Under the pieces are notes generated by a model. The model did no database searches. It worked only from the letters and a program-made list of their open reading frames with translations, and was not told the DNA's origin. A DNA stretch of 64,000 nucleotides, taken from assembly GCA_963555755.3 (NCBI GenBank), contig OY820905.2, positions 992,001 to 1,056,000 on the forward strand, in the 5' to 3' direction. Both the position numbers and the translations under genes were made by a program. This document shows, piece by piece, positions 62,145-64,000 of the stretch. The DNA is from Nitrospirales bacterium (GTDB lineage Bacteria > Nitrospirota > Nitrospiria > Nitrospirales > UBA8639). The first letter of the stretch is position 1; the number at the start of each line of letters is the position of its first letter.

Positions 62145-62499
62145 GGATCAATCCCAATTTTGGTGGAGTAAGGCGAAACCCTATGACACTCCGCCCGTAT
62201 CACCCCTCGTCCATTGTCATTTTGACCCTTGGGAGAACTCTCCCCCATTCCCGCCCGGGTCACGTTCTTTCGGGCCAAGAGATTTCTCCTTGCACTCGAA
62301 ATGACAGAAGGAAGCCTTCTAGTTGTTCATCCAACCAGACTTGCTCCTTACCACTTCCGCCTCTTGTCATTTCGACCCTTGGGAGAAATCTCGCCATTCC
62401 TGCCACGCCTGAGCAGGCTGTTCACCCCTCAACACGGTCCCCATGACCTGCAGCGGGCCATGGAATAGGTCCCAATTCCACCAAAATGGCAACTGGTCC
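62145..62499. mobile_element. MITE, GGATCA-TTGCAA family
   Basis: Ends ggatcaatcccaattttggtgga / tccaccaaaatggcaactggtcc; 8-bp TSD agtaaacc; similar to 2859-3212. Confidence 0.85.
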
Positions 62500-62609
62500 A
62501 GTAAACCCCTCACCCTACCCTCTCCCCTCAGGGGCGAGGGAAAATTTTCAACTGATGAAAGAAAAAAATTTCCAATGGCGCCAAGACAACATCTCGGCCC
62601 AAAAATCTG

Positions 62610-63443
62610 TTACCCGTCGAGCACGCTGGATATGGGCTGAAATAGGTCACCCTCATAGCCAGTCGTTAGCTCAACGTGGCCTAAGTGAGGGTTGGCTTGT
62701 TGATGACGTGTTTCAATGTTGAAGTTGGCAGGAATATGATATTCGGTCATGAGAAAGTTGGCTAATTCCACACGCGACACAGCACGAGTCGATGCGACAT
62801 GGCGGATCCCTGTCTCCTCGCTTTGAGCAAGTTGCATGACACGCGGCGCTAAATCGCGCTGCCAAATAACAGATCGATATTCATCTTCAATGATCGTGAT
62901 GGGCAGATTACGTTTGGTACGATAACGCAACCAATCCAAATGTCCGGTGCGTCCATCTGGGGACTCACCAATCCCAAGCCCCGTACGAATCACCAAAGAC
63001 CCTGGCCTTTTCAACACCAATTGCTCCGCTTCGACACGGGTTCGTCCATACACACTTATGGGCGAAGGGATGGACTCTTCTGAATACACGCCATCTCCAC
63101 CAAAGACATGATCGGATGACACATAGACCAACCGTGTGTGCCCGGGCAAAGCCGCGATCACATGATCGAGTTGCTGCACATTCATCTCATACGCCCAACC
63201 AGGCGAAGCCTCACACTTCGACACATCACACACCGCATGACAATACCACAGAACGTCTGGTTGCGTTCGCTGAAACACCTCAGCAACCCAGACTAAATCA
63301 TGAAGTTGAAGTGCAGGCCACTGGCGAACGGCTTTCGCCGTATTACCGGGAGAGATAAATGGCAGCACCGTCTTGGGAAACATCGTGGCAAGATGAAAGC
63401 CAAGTAACGATGTTGCACCAAATAGAAGAGATGGGGAAAACAT
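62610..63443 (-). CDS. RfbD/RmlD-like sugar-nucleotide reductase (extended SDR)
   Basis: GATSLLG, VYVSSDHVFGG, P.SVYGRTR.EAE, LVIRT; the YxxxK Lys is replaced by Arg. Confidence 0.8.
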   Translation of the reverse strand: MFSPSLLFGATSLLGFHLATMFPKTVLPFISPGNTAKAVRQWPALQLHDLVWVAEVFQRTQPDVLWYCHAVCDVSKCEASPGWAYEMNVQQLDHVIAALPGHTRLVYVSSDHVFGGDGVYSEESIPSPISVYGRTRVEAEQLVLKRPGSLVIRTGLGIGESPDGRTGHLDWLRYRTKRNLPITIIEDEYRSVIWQRDLAPRVMQLAQSEETGIRHVASTRAVSRVELANFLMTEYHIPANFNIETRHQQANPHLGHVELTTGYEGDLFQPISSVLDG

Positions 63444-63762
63444 AAGGCCAATTCATCAGGAGGAAGGAAACTATCAGGAAGGTAATATTTTTGTAAAGAA
63501 AAGGCAATGTGTCATTTTATCCTAGAAACGCCAGTTGGGCGCAAAACAGCCGTGTAAGATATTGGTGGGCATGGTGAAATACAAAAAGTCGTGGTCACCT
63601 TGGTGGTAATAAGACATTTTTTTATTTTGCCAGGTGCATCAAGAGCTTGCGCGGACTTTTGTGATCCAACTGCCGTTTCTAGGTTGAGTAGCATGCTCCT
63701 TTTAGAATGAAAAAATAAGGAAAAGAATTATCTTACCCCCGTTTCACAAATCCCCTTTGGTC

Positions 63763-63999
63763 TTACTTTAGAATCTCCTCATGTTTGGGAACACGTCGAG
63801 CCATGCCCGTTTCCTGCGCGGCATTGGCGACGGCTTTGGCGATGGCAGGGACCACCTTTTTATCAAAGACGCTTGGAATAATATAATCTTCATTGAGCGC
63901 ATCATCGGAAATCACGTTCGCCAATGCTTCAGCCGCGGCCAATTTCATGGCCTTGTTGATTTCTTTGGCCTGCACATCCAATGCCCCACGGAAAAGTCC
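63763..63999 (-). CDS. NAD(P)-dependent malic enzyme, C-terminal end (gene continues beyond the window)
   Basis: GLFRGALDVQA..IN..MKLAAAEALA...YIIPSVFD..V..AIA.AVA.AA..TG.AR. Confidence 0.88.
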   Translation of the reverse strand, partial: GLFRGALDVQAKEINKAMKLAAAEALANVISDDALNEDYIIPSVFDKKVVPAIAKAVANAAQETGMARRVPKHEEILK

Positions 64000-64000
64000 G

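Noticed and set aside
1..64000. tRNA or rRNA genes
   Set aside because: None recognised by eye; tRNAscan-SE/Infernal would be needed to exclude them.

Overview
The window has two halves. Bases ~1-45,300 are an accessory region saturated with nested mobile DNA. It holds IS4-, IS1595-, IS66-, IS3-, IS256-, IS481- and IS6-family elements or relics, five group II intron copies or relics from three lineages, and several MITE families whose ends I could pair with target-site duplications (TSDs). It also holds three toxin-antitoxin pairs, small secreted Cys-rich proteins and broken surface proteins. Bases ~45,400-64,000 are mostly housekeeping genes: CNNM/CBS protein, ligA, MoxR-type AAA+ with a partner, LysM lipoprotein, VTT protein, RluA, PRMT-like methyltransferase, kynA-kynU, RfbD-like reductase and a malic enzyme end, with MITEs between them. 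Three observations stand out. (1) A csrA gene is split and permuted: its start (30129-30142) lies 12 kb downstream of its body (17851-), and both pieces carry the same 8-bp TSD against matching MITE ends, suggesting integration of a circular DNA between two intron copies. (2) A group II intron sits precisely inside catalytic domain V of another intron. (3) An IS-like element with 24-bp terminal inverted repeats (TIRs), a 9-bp TSD and an unusual ~588-aa zinc-ribbon/HTH/RNase H-like protein sits in the same domain V. Family names come from recalled motifs; no database search was run, and coordinates were counted by hand.
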